From Betaproteobacteria bacterium (GTDB taxonomy: Bacteria > Pseudomonadota > Gammaproteobacteria > Burkholderiales > SG8-39), in contig CANKAJ010000002.1 in NCBI GenBank assembly GCA_947479645.1, positions 400 to 64,399 on the forward strand: 64,000 bases of DNA, in the 5' to 3' direction. The notes beneath the pieces are model-generated. The model was not told where the DNA came from and searched no databases. It saw only the letters and a list, made by a program, of their open reading frames with translations. The position numbers were made by a program, and so were the translations under genes. Positions 7,434-17,223 of this stretch are shown one piece after another (within the stretch, counting starts at the first letter, position 1; the number at the start of each line of letters is the position of its first letter).

Positions 7434-9029
7434 TTAGCTTGCGGCCTTTTCCATTCCATCTTCGGTGAAATCAGTGGAGTTCGCCAGATACGCCGCACTG
7501 CGCCCGGCCAGACGCCCGGAGGTAAACGCCCACCCGATATGATGACCATGTCCCTCTATCAACATGCCGCCCTGCCCAAGCAGCCCGGCGCCATAGAGTC
7601 CCGGTACCGGAACGCCATTCTTTCCCAGAATCTCAAGCTTTCCATTGATAGCCAAACCCGCGTCGGTTCCCTTGACGAAGCAACTGACAGGTCCCATTGC
7701 GTAAAACGGTCCTTGCTCGACCGTAAGCGCTTCCGATGGTTTGCCGTCAGTGCTTTCGGTAATTGCAGCATTGCTCTTGCGAACGGCGGCGGCAAAAGTT
7801 TGCGGATTCGCGCCTATCCGGGTGGCGAGGCCTTCGATGGTTGAGGCCTTGTGAAAAATATCACGCCGACTTCTCTGATAGTCTGGAACGTAGGCATATG
7901 CGATACCGGGCGCAGTCGATACAAAATTGGGGAATTGGGAGTATTTTTTCGCCAGCCGGTCATCAAATACGATGTAGGCCAGATGCTCCGGCTGATCGAC
8001 GAGCTTGAGTTCGGGGTGATCCAGTTCGTTGCAGAAGCGCTCGCCACGCTTGTTGATCAGTATCGCGCCATGCTTGAACAGGTTGGGCTGTGCTTCCAGC
8101 ACCGTGGTCAGAAAACTCATGATGAATGGCCGCAGCAAGCAGGCGGGCATGTACTCAAGGGCGAATTCCATGAACATGGTGAGCGGTCGCCATGGCGGCA
8201 GGCGGTGCAGCAGTTTCTTGACCTGAGGAGCGATGAAGCGCACGCGGGCGGCCACCATATGCGAATTGAGGACTTGCGCCCCGAGTTGTTCCATCGCCAT
8301 CAGGTGCCCGTCACCAGTGTTGGCCGGATTGCACGAGGTTTTCATCGTGACCAGCTCCGGCTTGGCGTAACGACGTTTCATCTCCTCGCCGGCAGCGTAG
8401 TCCCCGCACGACAATACAATGCCACCACGCGAGAAATACCGTTCCAGGGACCCATCAGGCCGGGTGCACTCCATGCCAATGACGCGCTCCCCATCGAGGA
8501 TCATGCGACTGGCACGGCGTTCCGTGCGGATGTCGATGCCAATTTTCCGGGCGTGACGTCCCAGCCAGTAACCATAGGCCTTCGAGTTGGGCAGTACATT
8601 GTGCATGCGCGGTTTGCGGTGGGGTGACTCCAGGTTGGGGCCGAAAAACCGTACACCCATGCTCTGCAGCCATCGAAACGTTTCACCGCAGTTGTAAACG
8701 AGCAGGCGCCGCAACTCAAGATTGTCGACGTTGTCGTAACCTTTCCACGCGCCGTTTATCACATGTTCATTGAACTTCCCCATATCCTCGAAATGGTCTT
8801 CCGGGTTGTCCTTGATGCCCTTTCGTAACTGGTGTGGTGTGCATGTGGCGGAATACGAACCGATAGACCAGATTGTCGATCCGCCGAGCTCGGGATTTTT
8901 CTCCAGCAGAATGACGGTGCGCCCCAGGCTGCGAGCCTCGATTGAAGCAGCGAGGCCGGAACCTCCGCCGCCAACGACGAGGACATCCGCTGTGTATTCT
9001 GGAATTTTCGTTTCAGCAGCTGAATTCAT
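7434..9029 (-). CDS. FAD-dependent oxidoreductase (KstD/fumarate-reductase-like flavoprotein), subfamily 2
   Basis: ADVLVVGGGGSGLAASIEARSLGRTVILLEKNPELGGST; C-terminal GLYGAGLLGQGG. Confidence 0.85.
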   Translation of the reverse strand: MNSAAETKIPEYTADVLVVGGGGSGLAASIEARSLGRTVILLEKNPELGGSTIWSIGSYSATCTPHQLRKGIKDNPEDHFEDMGKFNEHVINGAWKGYDNVDNLELRRLLVYNCGETFRWLQSMGVRFFGPNLESPHRKPRMHNVLPNSKAYGYWLGRHARKIGIDIRTERRASRMILDGERVIGMECTRPDGSLERYFSRGGIVLSCGDYAAGEEMKRRYAKPELVTMKTSCNPANTGDGHLMAMEQLGAQVLNSHMVAARVRFIAPQVKKLLHRLPPWRPLTMFMEFALEYMPACLLRPFIMSFLTTVLEAQPNLFKHGAILINKRGERFCNELDHPELKLVDQPEHLAYIVFDDRLAKKYSQFPNFVSTAPGIAYAYVPDYQRSRRDIFHKASTIEGLATRIGANPQTFAAAVRKSNAAITESTDGKPSEALTVEQGPFYAMGPVSCFVKGTDAGLAINGKLEILGKNGVPVPGLYGAGLLGQGGMLIEGHGHHIGWAFTSGRLAGRSAAYLANSTDFTEDGMEKAAS

Positions 9030-9096
9030 GAGTATTGTTCCTTTGCGATGCGCGCTCTCATTGACTTATTTATTGGCGCGGGTTGTATCAGGTGAT

Positions 9097-10074
9097 TCAA
9101 GGTGCAAGTTTTTCCCGAATTCCGGTGGCGCTGACCACCTTGCCGTACTTGACCACCTCAGCCTTGATGAAAGCGCCAACCTCGGAAGGGGGGAGACCCT
9201 TCGGATCAAAGCCCAGGTCTGCCAGTTTCTTTTTTACATCGTCCTGTTTGAGTGCAAGCGCTGAGTCCTCTGCAACCTTCTGAATGATTGCAGGCGATGT
9301 TCCTATCGGGACAAACATGCCATACCAGGTCAGCATGGAGTAGCCGTTGACGCCTGCTTCATCGATTGTCGGGACTGAAGGGAGCAAATTTGAGCGAGAT
9401 GTGTCGCTTACCCCCAGCGCGCGCATTTGTCCGCGTTGTATGTGCTGCAGTGTCGAGGGTATGGTCAGAAAGCCGGCACCGATGTGCCCGCCAAGAATAT
9501 CAACGATGGCCTGCCCCGCCTGTTTATACGGGACGTGGTTGAGCTTGGTGCCTGTCATCAGTTGAAACAGTTCGCCGGCAAGATGATCAGGGCTGCCGAT
9601 GGTCGACGATCCCCACGAAATTTTTCCAGGCTGCGCCTTGGCCAGGTCGATGAAACTCTTAATTGTGTCAGCGGCAACCTTGTCCGGATTGACGACCAGG
9701 ACATAGGGTGCAGAGGCCAGGATGGTAATTGGAAGCAGTTCCTTCTGCGGGTCATAGCCAAGGTCACTGATGAGCGGACTGATCGTGATGTTGCCTGCGG
9801 CCGCCAGGAGGATGGTGGCGCCATCAGGTCTGGATCGGGCGACAAACTTGCCGGCAATCGAGCCTTGGCCGCCAATCTTGTAATCCACAACGACTGATTG
9901 CTTCCAGATTGTGCCCAGCCTGGCGGCTATCAATCTTGCCAGTATGTCTGTTCCCCCGCCGCCGCCAATGGGCAAGACGATGCTGACCGGTTTGTCTGGA
10001 TACGCCTGACTCTGTCCAGCCGACGGCAGGGCGGCAGCAAGAGCGAAAATCGCGATGCGCAGAAGAGCGGTCAT
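9097..10074 (-). CDS. Bug/TctC-family periplasmic substrate-binding protein
   Basis: Signal peptide, AYPDKPVSIVLPIGGGGGTD, GGQGSIAG, HVPYK. Confidence 0.9.
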   Translation of the reverse strand: MTALLRIAIFALAAALPSAGQSQAYPDKPVSIVLPIGGGGGTDILARLIAARLGTIWKQSVVVDYKIGGQGSIAGKFVARSRPDGATILLAAAGNITISPLISDLGYDPQKELLPITILASAPYVLVVNPDKVAADTIKSFIDLAKAQPGKISWGSSTIGSPDHLAGELFQLMTGTKLNHVPYKQAGQAIVDILGGHIGAGFLTIPSTLQHIQRGQMRALGVSDTSRSNLLPSVPTIDEAGVNGYSMLTWYGMFVPIGTSPAIIQKVAEDSALALKQDDVKKKLADLGFDPKGLPPSEVGAFIKAEVVKYGKVVSATGIREKLAP

Positions 10075-10114
10075 GGTTTTCCTTTGGCTTAGTGCCTTTG
10101 GGGTCGGGCAGGAT

Positions 10115-11095
10115 TTAATTGCCCTTGTCTTTCTCGCGCAGGCCGGTGACGGAAATTACCTTGGCAAACCGAGTGGCCTCATCCTTGATGAATCGGGTGG
10201 CCTCGGCAGGTGCGCTGGCAATGGGATCGAACCCCATGCCGATGATTTTCTGTCGAGTTTCGTCCTGCATGATGGCCGTACGCATATCGGCCGAGATTTT
10301 TTCCACAATGGTGCGCGGTGTACCACCGGGCGCCCATGCGCCATACCAGGTCAGGATTTCGTAGCCCGGCACACCTGCATCAGCAATGGTGGGAACATCG
10401 GGCAGCAGATTTGAACGATTGCGATCACTGACGCCAAGTGCCTTGAGTTGTCCGGACTTGATATAGGGCAGGGTCGTCGGTATGGTCAGAAAACCCAGGG
10501 ACACGCGTTCGGCGACGATATCAACCAGGGCATTGGCACCTGTTTTATAGGGAACGTGAAGCAGTTGTGTATTGCTCATCATCTGAAACAACTCGCCCGC
10601 CAGGTGGTCGGCACTGCTGAATGTCGATGACCCCCAGGTAAATTTACCGGGGTTCCTGCGTGCGAGGTCGATAAATTCCCTGATCGTGCCTGCGGACACC
10701 ACCTTCGGATTGATCAGCAGCACATATGGCGCCGATGTCAGTACGCTGACAGCGGTCAGGTCCTTGTCCGGATCAAATCCGACATCACCCAGATATGGAC
10801 TGATCGTGATGTTTCCCGCTGCGGCGATCATGATGGTGTAACCGTCGGGTTTGGAACGTGCAGTGGCCTGCCCGGCGATGGCGCCACGCCCGCCAATCTT
10901 GTTTTGAACAATGACGGGCTGACCCCAGCGTTCGCTGAGTTTTCCCGCCAACAGGCGGGACATGATGTCAGTGCCACCACCTGCCCCGACCGGCGTGATG
11001 ATGTTGACCGGTTGTGAGGGGTAAGTTTGCGCGATGGCTGTGCCATGCACCGCGAGCGCGAGCAGGACCACCAGACAATTCAATAAAAAAGACAT
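10115..11095 (-). CDS. Bug/TctC-family periplasmic substrate-binding protein
   Basis: MSFLLNCLVVLLALAVHGTAIAQTYPSQPVNIITPVGAGGGTD. Start ATG 11095 has an AGGAGA SD (the ORF track extends to 11140). Confidence 0.9.
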   Translation of the reverse strand: MSFLLNCLVVLLALAVHGTAIAQTYPSQPVNIITPVGAGGGTDIMSRLLAGKLSERWGQPVIVQNKIGGRGAIAGQATARSKPDGYTIMIAAAGNITISPYLGDVGFDPDKDLTAVSVLTSAPYVLLINPKVVSAGTIREFIDLARRNPGKFTWGSSTFSSADHLAGELFQMMSNTQLLHVPYKTGANALVDIVAERVSLGFLTIPTTLPYIKSGQLKALGVSDRNRSNLLPDVPTIADAGVPGYEILTWYGAWAPGGTPRTIVEKISADMRTAIMQDETRQKIIGMGFDPIASAPAEATRFIKDEATRFAKVISVTGLREKDKGN

Positions 11096-11558
11096 GCCGT
11101 TCTCCTGTGTTGAGCAGATCCTCTCGTCGCTCTTCGGCATACGCAGAGGTGATGCAAATCTAAAGCTGCAAAGCGGCTGTTGCGCGGGCGGAAACTCTCG
11201 TACTCACAGGGCGCGTATGTCCTAATGCCCTGTATCGCATCATGCCCGGTACAAGCACGAAAGTTTGATTGGAAAATCAGAACTTCATTCTCTTTTGGAT
11301 GGTATTGTCCAGCCTGCTAGGTGTCAAGGCGAGTCAGGGTGCGGAGCGAAATTGACACCAGTCGAGGGTGTTGGATGCTATTTTCGGGGTGTTGTTCCAG
11401 AATGGCCAGGAACCCATGAATGCGACGAGGTTTCAGCACTGACCTGGGGATGCGTAAATCAGCGGCATGTCCGGATAGCACGCAGTCTTCCCGGGGGCAG
11501 TTTCCTGCTGTTGTCACAATATGGCCAATTTACGAGAATTGGGATCGCTACTTCAATC

Positions 11559-12341
11559 ATGAAGTCCACTGAAGTTAAAACAGTCGCGGCTGTCGAACGT
11601 GCCTTCTCCATATTGGAAGCCTTTCGGGCGGGTGATGTTTTCCTGTCTTTATCCGAACTGTCAAATCGTACCAAGCTGTACAAGAGCACCATACTTCGCC
11701 TGTCGCAAACGCTGGAGAGGCTCGGATATATTGCCCGCAATACGGGTGGTGAATACCACATCGGTCCGGCAGTATTCCGCTTGGGGGGCTTGTATCAGGC
11801 GGCAATGAAACCGGAAGATGTCATCATGCCGGTGCTCAGAAGGCTGGTTGAATTGACCAATGAAAGTGCCGGATTCCATATCCGCTTTGGTGACAAGCGG
11901 CTATGTTTGTACCGAGTGGATTCGCCGCACCCGCTTCGGGATCATTTCAAGCCAGGGGATGCCTTGCCGCTTGAGCGTGGTGCAGGCGGAAAGGTACTGA
12001 CCTCCTTCGGCAAACCATTGAAGCAGCAGTTTGCAGATTTGCGGACCAAGGTGGCAATCAGTGCGTCCGGGGAAATCGCCCCGGATATGGCGGGAGTGGC
12101 GTGCCCGGTATTTGATAATACGGGCGATCTGGTTGGCGCGTTGACATTGAGCGGGCCCGTTACGCGATTTAGCAAGCGAACTGTGCCAAAGTTTGAATAT
12201 TGCCTGCTTGAGGCTGCACGCGAAGTGACCGAGGCGCTGGGTGGAGATGTGCAGCCCTTTGAGAAAAGGCTCATTCAGATGGCATCCAAAACAATGGCAG
12301 GGCGGGGAACAACGCGAGGCAGGACCGCCAGGCGTCGGTAG
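11559..12341 (+). CDS. IclR-family transcriptional regulator
   Basis: AVERAFSILEAF...LSLSELSNRTKLYKSTILRLSQTLERLGYI (wHTH) plus a C-terminal effector domain. Start moved to ATG 11559; the upstream extension has no family support. Confidence 0.85.
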   Translation: MKSTEVKTVAAVERAFSILEAFRAGDVFLSLSELSNRTKLYKSTILRLSQTLERLGYIARNTGGEYHIGPAVFRLGGLYQAAMKPEDVIMPVLRRLVELTNESAGFHIRFGDKRLCLYRVDSPHPLRDHFKPGDALPLERGAGGKVLTSFGKPLKQQFADLRTKVAISASGEIAPDMAGVACPVFDNTGDLVGALTLSGPVTRFSKRTVPKFEYCLLEAAREVTEALGGDVQPFEKRLIQMASKTMAGRGTTRGRTARRR

Positions 12342-12371
12342 TGAAACGTAGATGATTGGGGGAGGGTATTC

Positions 12372-12899
12372 ATGCTTTACATAGTTGAAATGGCGCTCAA
12401 GGCGGGCCATACCGACGAGGATTGGTATAAGTGGGAGTCGGAAATGAAGTCGGCCGAGGTGTTAATGACTGTCTCTGGATTTCGTGCTGCACAAAGGTTC
12501 AAGGGGGTGACCGATCCGATGGCCTACTGCGGGATATACAGCATTGCGGCGCCAGAGGTCATGACTTCGCCGGAGTACCGGAATGTTGGTGGCGGGACCA
12601 GGGTGGAGCACTGGAATAGTCACATTACTTATTGGCATCGTGACATGGTCGAAGGTGTTGGCATCGCTCCAGCAGTGCCAGAGGGGTATTACCTGCTGGT
12701 GACCAGTTCCAATCAGTCGGATTTTTCCGACCACGGTTTTCCGTTTATACGTCTCGATGTCACCGGGCTGAACAAATCTGTGGCGCACCGGGGTATCGCT
12801 GTGGTGCCCCTTGAGGTGGCGAAATCCAAAGCGTCCCTCGAGCCGGACATCCGGATTTATCGACCAATTGCGCCGCAGCTGTTGAAAATTTCACCTTAG
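12372..12899 (+). CDS. conserved hypothetical protein, 175 aa
   Basis: Tightly packed between the IclR and PrpD-family genes (30 and 18 nt gaps), same strand. Possible small alpha+beta barrel-like fold, function unknown. Confidence 0.55.
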   Translation: MLYIVEMALKAGHTDEDWYKWESEMKSAEVLMTVSGFRAAQRFKGVTDPMAYCGIYSIAAPEVMTSPEYRNVGGGTRVEHWNSHITYWHRDMVEGVGIAPAVPEGYYLLVTSSNQSDFSDHGFPFIRLDVTGLNKSVAHRGIAVVPLEVAKSKASLEPDIRIYRPIAPQLLKISP

Positions 12900-12917
12900 A
12901 CCCTGGAGCCGGACAGA

Positions 12918-14267
12918 ATGGATGCGACGACGAGCAGGCTGGTTGAGTTTGCGGGCAGTGCGCGGTTTGACGCGCTGTCGACCAGTTGCTTGCATGCGTG
13001 CAAGCAGAGATTGATTGACACGGTGGGCGGTGCGTTCGGTGCTTATCACGAACGGTTGAGCGTGATGTCCAGGGCTGTGGCGCAACGCGCCGCCGCAAAC
13101 ACGGGCGCGAGAATTTGGGGCTCCCCTGATGTGGTCGCCCCGGAAGCGGCCGCATTTGCCAACGGTGTCATGTTGCGACTGCTGGATATCAGCGACACCT
13201 ATCTGGGTAAAAGCCGTGGCCATCCCAGCGATGTCCTTGCCGCAGTGCTTGCGGTGGCCGAGATGACGCGCTCAGGGGGGATGTCGATGTTGGCGGCAAT
13301 GGCGCTCGCCTATGACATCTATTGCAGCTTTTGCGATTCCGTTGATATCAACTCACAGGGATTTGACCAGCCGGTTTATGCCAGCCTTGCCTCGGCTATT
13401 GCTGCGGCCAAGCTGATGCGGCTGTCAGACCGCCAGATGGAGAATACGATTGCGCTGACGCTTACGCCCAATCTTGCGCTGTATCGGGCACGCAGCGGTG
13501 AATTGTCAGACTGGAAAGGTTGCGCCGCGGCAAATGCGGCCCGCAACGGCGTTTTTGCAGCGTTGTTGGCGCGGGACGGCTTCACGGGTCCGACGGATGT
13601 ATTTGAAGGCAAGGGTGGTTTTTGGGATCTCGTCGGCCAGTTTGAATGGATCCTGCCGGCAGCAGACCAGGCGTACAAGGTGCAGCAGACGCACCTGAAG
13701 CGATTCCCGGTTTGCTATCACGGTCAAGCGGCTGTGGAAGCGGCTCTGGCACTTCGGGAGCGAGTCGATCTGAACAGTATTCGACGCATTGAGGTGGAGA
13801 CTTTTCACCACTCTGCTCGTGTCATGGGACAGGATCCGTCGCGCTGGGCGCCTGCGAACAGGGAGACTGCCGATCACAGTTTGCCCTACGTCATTGGCAC
13901 GGCGATGGTGGATGGAGTAGTTGGCATCGGTTCATTTACGGACCAGAAACTGCACAGCCCTTCGGTTGCCGAACTCATGCGCAAGGTTGAAGTTCGCGAG
14001 GACGCGGAATTTTCGGCGCGCTTTCCCCAATGGGCTGCGAGCCGTATCAAATTGACGACGGCTTCGGGTGATGTTCTGGTTGAAGAAGTGCACTGTCCAC
14101 AGGGACATGCGAATAGCCCGATGTCGGACTCGGATATCGAGGCAAAATTCCGTGATCTGTTCAGTACGTTCGGCCCGGCAGAACAAGCCGAGAGAGTGCT
14201 GAACGAATTGTGGAAAATAGAAAGAAGCGTCGACCTCGGTCAGGCGCTCAGTTGCCTTGTGCCTTGA
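12918..14267 (+). CDS. MmgE/PrpD-family protein (2-methylcitrate dehydratase superfamily)
   Basis: Length 449 aa. N-terminus ...FDALSTSCLHACKQRLIDTVGGAFGA; C-terminus ...CPQGHANSPMSDSDIEAKF is typical of the family. Confidence 0.85.
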   Translation: MDATTSRLVEFAGSARFDALSTSCLHACKQRLIDTVGGAFGAYHERLSVMSRAVAQRAAANTGARIWGSPDVVAPEAAAFANGVMLRLLDISDTYLGKSRGHPSDVLAAVLAVAEMTRSGGMSMLAAMALAYDIYCSFCDSVDINSQGFDQPVYASLASAIAAAKLMRLSDRQMENTIALTLTPNLALYRARSGELSDWKGCAAANAARNGVFAALLARDGFTGPTDVFEGKGGFWDLVGQFEWILPAADQAYKVQQTHLKRFPVCYHGQAAVEAALALRERVDLNSIRRIEVETFHHSARVMGQDPSRWAPANRETADHSLPYVIGTAMVDGVVGIGSFTDQKLHSPSVAELMRKVEVREDAEFSARFPQWAASRIKLTTASGDVLVEEVHCPQGHANSPMSDSDIEAKFRDLFSTFGPAEQAERVLNELWKIERSVDLGQALSCLVP

Positions 14268-14305
14268 TGCGGGCGGACACTGGCGAGCTGTTGTCGACGC
14301 GCGAC

Positions 14306-15280
14306 CTATTCCGGCTTGAGTCCGGCCAGCTTGCTCAACTTCTCGTACAAAACCACTTCGTTTCGAATCAGCGTTGCAAACTGATCCGGCGTGCTGGTTT
14401 CGGTTTCCAGACCCTGCTTGTTCATGGCCTCCTTCATTTCAGCCGTGTTCACCGCCTTGGAGATCGCTGTATTCAAGGAGTCCACGATGCTGCGGGGAAT
14501 TCCGGCGGGCCCCAGCAGGCCATACCAGACTGAAAGGTCGTATCCGGCCAGGCCCGACTCGTCCAGAGTCGGTACGGCGGCAAGCATAGAGGCGCGCTTG
14601 ATACTCGCGACGGCCAGGGGCCTGACTTTTCCCGCTGCAATCAATGGTAGAGCCGAGGGGATGCTCGGATAACTGATTTCGATCTGGCCCGCCGCGGTGG
14701 CGACAACGGCATCAGCACCGCCTTTGTAGGGAACGTGGGTAATGCTGACTTTGGCCATGAGGTTGAACAACTCGCCCGCAAAGTGCGCCGAACCGCCAAG
14801 TCCCGACGAGCCATAGTTCAGCTGATTGGGTCTGGTGCGCGCCAGTTCGATGAGTTCCCGTATATTGCGTGCTGGTACTGAAGGGTGGACAACCAGCACG
14901 GCTGGAGCAAATGTCATCAGTGATATGGGCGTGAAGTCGCGATTGAGATCGTAAGGAAGTTTGATGCGCAGGACGGCCTGAGCAATGCCCGGGGAGGATA
15001 ATTGCAGCAGCGTGTAGCCATCCGGGGCCGCTTTTGACACCCGCTCGATGACAATGGAACTGCTCGCTCCGGGGCGATTCTCCACCACCACGGGTTGGCT
15101 GAATATCTCTGATAATTTCTGGGCGACCGGTCGTGCGGTGGTGTCCGCGCCGCCACCTGCGGCATAGCCAACGACTATGTGTACAGGTCTGGCCGGGTAA
15201 GTCTGTGCCTGTGCGCTAAGCGCCGTCAGGATGCCGTTGAGGCCGAAGAATGCTGCAAGCATCGTGGTATGTCTGGACAT
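14306..15280 (-). CDS. Bug/TctC-family periplasmic substrate-binding protein
   Basis: Signal peptide, AQTYPARPVHIVVGYAAGGGAD, SSGLGGSAHF, HVPYKGG. Confidence 0.9.
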   Translation of the reverse strand: MSRHTTMLAAFFGLNGILTALSAQAQTYPARPVHIVVGYAAGGGADTTARPVAQKLSEIFSQPVVVENRPGASSSIVIERVSKAAPDGYTLLQLSSPGIAQAVLRIKLPYDLNRDFTPISLMTFAPAVLVVHPSVPARNIRELIELARTRPNQLNYGSSGLGGSAHFAGELFNLMAKVSITHVPYKGGADAVVATAAGQIEISYPSIPSALPLIAAGKVRPLAVASIKRASMLAAVPTLDESGLAGYDLSVWYGLLGPAGIPRSIVDSLNTAISKAVNTAEMKEAMNKQGLETETSTPDQFATLIRNEVVLYEKLSKLAGLKPE

Positions 15281-15322
15281 CGGTTATATCCGTAAACAGG
15301 ATTGACAAGAATTTACGCCGGG

Positions 15323-16702
15323 CTATGCAGCAGCGGCAGACTCGCCGGCAATACGTCCGAATATGAGCGCCTTGCCCAGGGCTGAGCCTGTCATATAGGA
15401 CTCCCCATGCAGTCCTCCCATGATTTCCCCGGCCGCAAACAATCCTGGAATCGGATCCCCCCAGATGTTGAGCACCTGCATGCCGGCATTGACCCTGAGG
15501 CCTCCGTAGGTGGTGCTCAACATGGCGGTGGAAGGGAATCCGTAATAAGGCGCAGTGTCGATGGCGGCGAGATTTCCAAAGGTGTGGGAAAGGTTGGTAC
15601 GGCCAAAATGGGAGTCCACTCCCGATGCGACATCGCGATTGTAGAGTCCCAGCGTGTCTGCAAGTGTATGGGCTGGTATGTCCAGCTTGCCGGCCAGCTC
15701 TGCAATCGTATCTGCCTTGGGAATGCGCCCCTTGGCTTCAATAGCCCTGAAGTTATAGGAGGGCACATCGGCCACGGCTTGATCCATTATCTTCTGGTCA
15801 AAGATTTGAAAGGCAATCCCGCTCTCTTGCAGCAGGACGGCTTCTCCCAGGGACTTATAGGATTTTGACTCGCTCATGAAGCGCTTGGCCTGCTTGTTGA
15901 CGCAAATGCCACCCCGATAGACCGGAAAAATGACTGCAGGCAACTCATCCGCTTCAGGATAGGGATAAGTGCCGAAGGTGCCATTGACATAACCAAGATC
16001 GGCAAATGCGGCGCCATGCTCCCAGGCCATCTTCAGGCCGTCACCTTCATTGCCCAGGCCGCCCGCGGGAACAGAGCGCCGTACATGAGGCGCGAATACT
16101 TGTAGCAGATCCTTGGCACGCGAGAAGCCACCCGAGCAAAGCACAATTCCCTGGCGTGCCTCAAAGTTGACTTCACCTGCCGTTCCATGTGTGACTACGG
16201 TATTGATCCGGCTGCCATTGGCCGCCTTCTCCAGGCGCTGCGCGCGCGTTGAGTAGAAAAAGGTGATGTTCTTCTCGGCACGCGCCTGTGCATCGAGAAT
16301 ACTCATCAGCTGCTTTGGATCAGCCCTGTGTCCACGCGGAACCGAGTGCCCGGATGAAGGTTGCAGTTCCATGAAGTGGGTACCCAGGCCGACAATGTAT
16401 TTGTACTCTTCCAACTGGTACTTTACATAGGCCTCGACCAGCGCTGGATCATTGGCACCGTGGCCGAGTTCCAAAAGGTCTTGGCGCAGTAATTCATCAG
16501 TGTCCTTGATGCTTCTCGAGTGTTGCAGATCGGTGCCGGCGAAGGCGAAGAATCCCCCCGCCAGAATGGAACTGCCACCGAAATCGGGCATGCGCTCAAT
16601 GACTGCCACGCGTGACCCCAATGCCGCTGAACGCAATGCAGCCCGAAATCCCGCCAGGCCCGCGCCGATAACAACCACATCAAAAGCATGTGTTGCACTC
16701 AT
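15323..16702 (-). CDS. FAD-dependent oxidoreductase (flavocytochrome-c/fumarate-reductase-like flavoprotein), subfamily 3
   Basis: FDVVVIGAGLAGFRAALRSAALGSRVAVIERMPDFGGSS; C-terminal GLFAAGEIMGGLHG. Confidence 0.85.
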   Translation of the reverse strand: MSATHAFDVVVIGAGLAGFRAALRSAALGSRVAVIERMPDFGGSSILAGGFFAFAGTDLQHSRSIKDTDELLRQDLLELGHGANDPALVEAYVKYQLEEYKYIVGLGTHFMELQPSSGHSVPRGHRADPKQLMSILDAQARAEKNITFFYSTRAQRLEKAANGSRINTVVTHGTAGEVNFEARQGIVLCSGGFSRAKDLLQVFAPHVRRSVPAGGLGNEGDGLKMAWEHGAAFADLGYVNGTFGTYPYPEADELPAVIFPVYRGGICVNKQAKRFMSESKSYKSLGEAVLLQESGIAFQIFDQKIMDQAVADVPSYNFRAIEAKGRIPKADTIAELAGKLDIPAHTLADTLGLYNRDVASGVDSHFGRTNLSHTFGNLAAIDTAPYYGFPSTAMLSTTYGGLRVNAGMQVLNIWGDPIPGLFAAGEIMGGLHGESYMTGSALGKALIFGRIAGESAAAA

Positions 16703-16730
16703 AATCTGCTCCAGCGGATTGGAATCGGAG

Positions 16731-17012
16731 CTACTTCGGCAGAAGCATGTCCGCGATGATGTGCACGAGTTCCATGTAGCTTTTCAGAATCACAAGGAGT
16801 ATGCCTCCCGCGACAACCCCGATCGGGAGATAAATCCAGTCTCCCATTCGCAATGAAAGATAGATGCCCAATAGTGGTACCAGTGCGGATATGGAAAGTG
16901 CGAACATCTTTCCGTGCTTTACCAGAAAATTGACGACAGGATAATGCGGCGGTTGATAGTCCAAGATGTGTTCTCCAGTTGCAGGTTTACCGGGCGCAAT
17001 GGCAGCAGCCAA
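16731..17012 (-). CDS. small membrane protein, 93 aa, two predicted TM segments
   Basis: Hydrophobic spans FALSISALVPLLGIYLSL and IYLPIGVVAGGILLVIL. Ends 28 nt upstream of the flavoprotein gene on the same strand. Confidence 0.4.
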   Translation of the reverse strand: MAAAIAPGKPATGEHILDYQPPHYPVVNFLVKHGKMFALSISALVPLLGIYLSLRMGDWIYLPIGVVAGGILLVILKSYMELVHIIADMLLPK

Positions 17013-17223
17013 TTGAGGTTGTGCCGAGCATTCAATGCGGGTTCATTGAATTGTACGGTTAGGGCAACGTCGACAGCAATAGAACATTATTCTAATATAG
17101 CGGTTCCGGTACGATTCTCATTTGCAGTTATTGCTTTCTGAAGCAATTTCAAGCGAGCCATCCCCGACGACCCCACGCGGGTTGTCTGCATGAATTCAGA
17201 TGTTTTATCGCAATGGAGACGAT

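Noticed and set aside
11265-11558. Long N-terminal extensions in the ORF track. The IclR extension is shown here; the same applies to 38719-38976, 45563-45787, 7373-7549, 4012-4083, 29018-29092, 63055-63135 and 63816-63986.
   Set aside because: The family-conserved N-termini, signal peptides and SD sequences begin at the internal starts. The extensions overlap neighbouring genes or have no family support.
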